Of a DNA stretch of 15,798 nt, positions 15,023 through 15,798 are shown piece by piece. Below the pieces are notes generated by a model that ran no database searches, was not told where the DNA came from, and was given only the letters and a program-made list of their open reading frames with translations. The stretch comes from Nitrospirota bacterium. GTDB lineage: Bacteria > Nitrospirota > Thermodesulfovibrionia > Thermodesulfovibrionales > Dissulfurispiraceae. The stretch is from contig JBFLWF010000043.1 in the NCBI GenBank assembly GCA_040758355.1, positions 1-15,798 of the forward strand. The letters are read 5' to 3'. Numbering within the stretch: position 1 is the stretch's first letter; each line of letters begins with the position of its first letter. Made by a program: the position numbers and the translations under genes.

Positions 15023-15333
15023 TTTTGCCTCCTTGTCTTATAATCTGATTCAAAATGCTCTAAGTCGGGTTTATACGCTGTGATTACAAAGCACCATCCA
15101 CTCAAAGAATCAAGCGCTATGACCACATGAAGAGGTTCATCATTTATCCAGCCTAAAAACAATGCGCTTGGATATGGTTTATCATCAGGATAGTCCTCAA
15201 TGATTTCTCCATTTTTAAGAACCTCCTTAACATCCCTTCTTGAAATGCCTCTTTCAAACATTCGCTCAAGGGCATGTCTTTGCCATTCCACATAACCATT
15301 CTCAAGAGCGGCCTTTAACTTATCTCTATCCAT
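15019..15333 (-). CDS. DUF4258 domain protein (putative RelE/BrnT-like toxin)
   Basis: HALERMFERGI...GEIIEDYPDDKPYPSAL.LG....PLHVV......VITAY.PD pattern. Paired with the zinc finger gene. Confidence 0.88.
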   Translation of the reverse strand: MDRDKLKAALENGYVEWQRHALERMFERGISRRDVKEVLKNGEIIEDYPDDKPYPSALFLGWINDEPLHVVIALDSLSGWCFVITAYKPDLEHFESDYKTRRQK

Positions 15334-15440
15334 TTTGATTATACCTTATACGCAGCCTTATTATCAGCCGTTAAGATTATAGCTTAGACTTCGGATTCTT
15401 TTCACTTATTTTTACAATTTTCCGGCTTGCCGCCTTCCCG

Positions 15441-15522
15441 TCCCGCTTAGAGAACTCACAATTAAACCTCGCGGTAAGCCCCGATTGAAGCAAGGCTTCT
15501 CATGGAGTATTCTCTAACGGGA
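15441..15522. repeat. 82-bp element bounded by imperfect inverted repeats (MITE/REP-like)
   Basis: Left end TCCCGCTTAGAGAACTC (15441-15457). Right end GAGTATTCTCTAACGGGA (15505-15522), reverse complement TCCCGTTAGAGAATACTC. Confidence 0.6.
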
Positions 15523-15552
15523 TGAAAAATGTGCATGGCGAATTTATTCAGT

Positions 15553-15672
15553 TCAAGCACCGGCAGTCTCAGCATCCTTCAACGGTTTCACAAAATTTTC
15601 TTTATCATAATCTCTTAGAGATTTATTATGATTATCTTTCAGATGACTATGAAAGTGATCGATTAACTTTAA
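15553..15672 (-). pseudogene. Possible 3' remnant of a gene interrupted by the IS
   Basis: Stop-free frame of 39 codons in AT-rich DNA (LKLIDHFHSHLKDNHNKSLRDYDKENFVKPLKDAETAGA*) running from the IS boundary, with no plausible start of its own. Confidence 0.4.
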
Positions 15673-15673
15673 A

Positions 15674-15798
15674 GGCTCTTCGTGTAATCGAGTGGGTCAT
15701 TTTATATCTCCTTGAGCATACATGTAAGTATTTTCAGGCGCAGATACTCCTCGTCTCTGAGACCGTAAGCCCTTCTCTGTATAACACGAATTTTGTTG
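15674..15798 (-). mobile_element. ISL3-family insertion sequence, right end (truncated by the window edge)
   Basis: Terminus GGCTCTTCGTGTAATCGAGTGGGT starting at 15674 (ISL3 ends begin GGCTCT), just downstream of the transposase stop. AT-rich flank ACTTTAAA. Confidence 0.85.
15702..15797 (-). CDS. ISL3-family transposase, C-terminal fragment (partial)
   Basis: Own translation NKIRVIQRRAYGLRDEEYLRLKILTCMLKEI* matches the N.KI..I.R.AYG.R...Y..LKI C-terminal motif of ISL3 transposases. Not in the ORF track. Confidence 0.88.
   Translation of the reverse strand, partial: NKIRVIQRRAYGLRDEEYLRLKILTCMLKEI

Noticed and set aside
13925..15083. ORFs 13925-14164 (-), 14535-14813 (+), 14690-14941 (+), 14820-15083 (+)
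   Set aside because: Antisense to the deacetylase, the frameshifted gene or the TA-like pair, and not protein-like.
1..15798. tRNA, rRNA or selenocysteine read-through
   Set aside because: No cloverleaf or rRNA-like segment was seen in the short intergenic gaps. TGA stops fall at expected protein ends, not within redox motifs.

Overview
Bacterial chromosomal window from a diderm (TolC present). A Nitrospirota or deltaproteobacteria-like origin is a guess from gene content, not demonstrated. Nearly all genes are on the minus strand. In transcription order (right to left) it contains: (i) the right end of an ISL3-family insertion sequence, cut by the window edge, that appears to have truncated a gene; (ii) a short inverted-repeat element; (iii) a DUF4258 / YgiT-type zinc-finger toxin-antitoxin-like pair followed by an unannotated frameshifted small gene; (iv) a plus-strand histone-deacetylase-family gene, probably leaderless, divergent from a double-thioredoxin-fold/thioredoxin reductase fusion; (v) a TetR-TolC-HlyD-2xATPase-2xABC-2 permease (YbhGFSR-like) efflux operon with a perfect sigma70 promoter, two related palindromic operators and intergenic REP-like hairpins; (vi) a six-gene cassette with its own extended -10 promoter. 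The cassette encodes two NosL-like CxxCGM proteins, a small membrane-anchored protein, a MacB/LolE-type permease, a LolD-type ATPase and an 8-TM protein whose Cys/His motifs all map to the periplasmic face, and no nosZ is present in the window. This cassette is the best candidate for an uncharacterised system (periplasmic Cu/metal trafficking). It carries several 7-bp tandem repeats, two of which are complementary and could sequester a ribosome-binding site. All family assignments come from motif recognition; no database searches were run.
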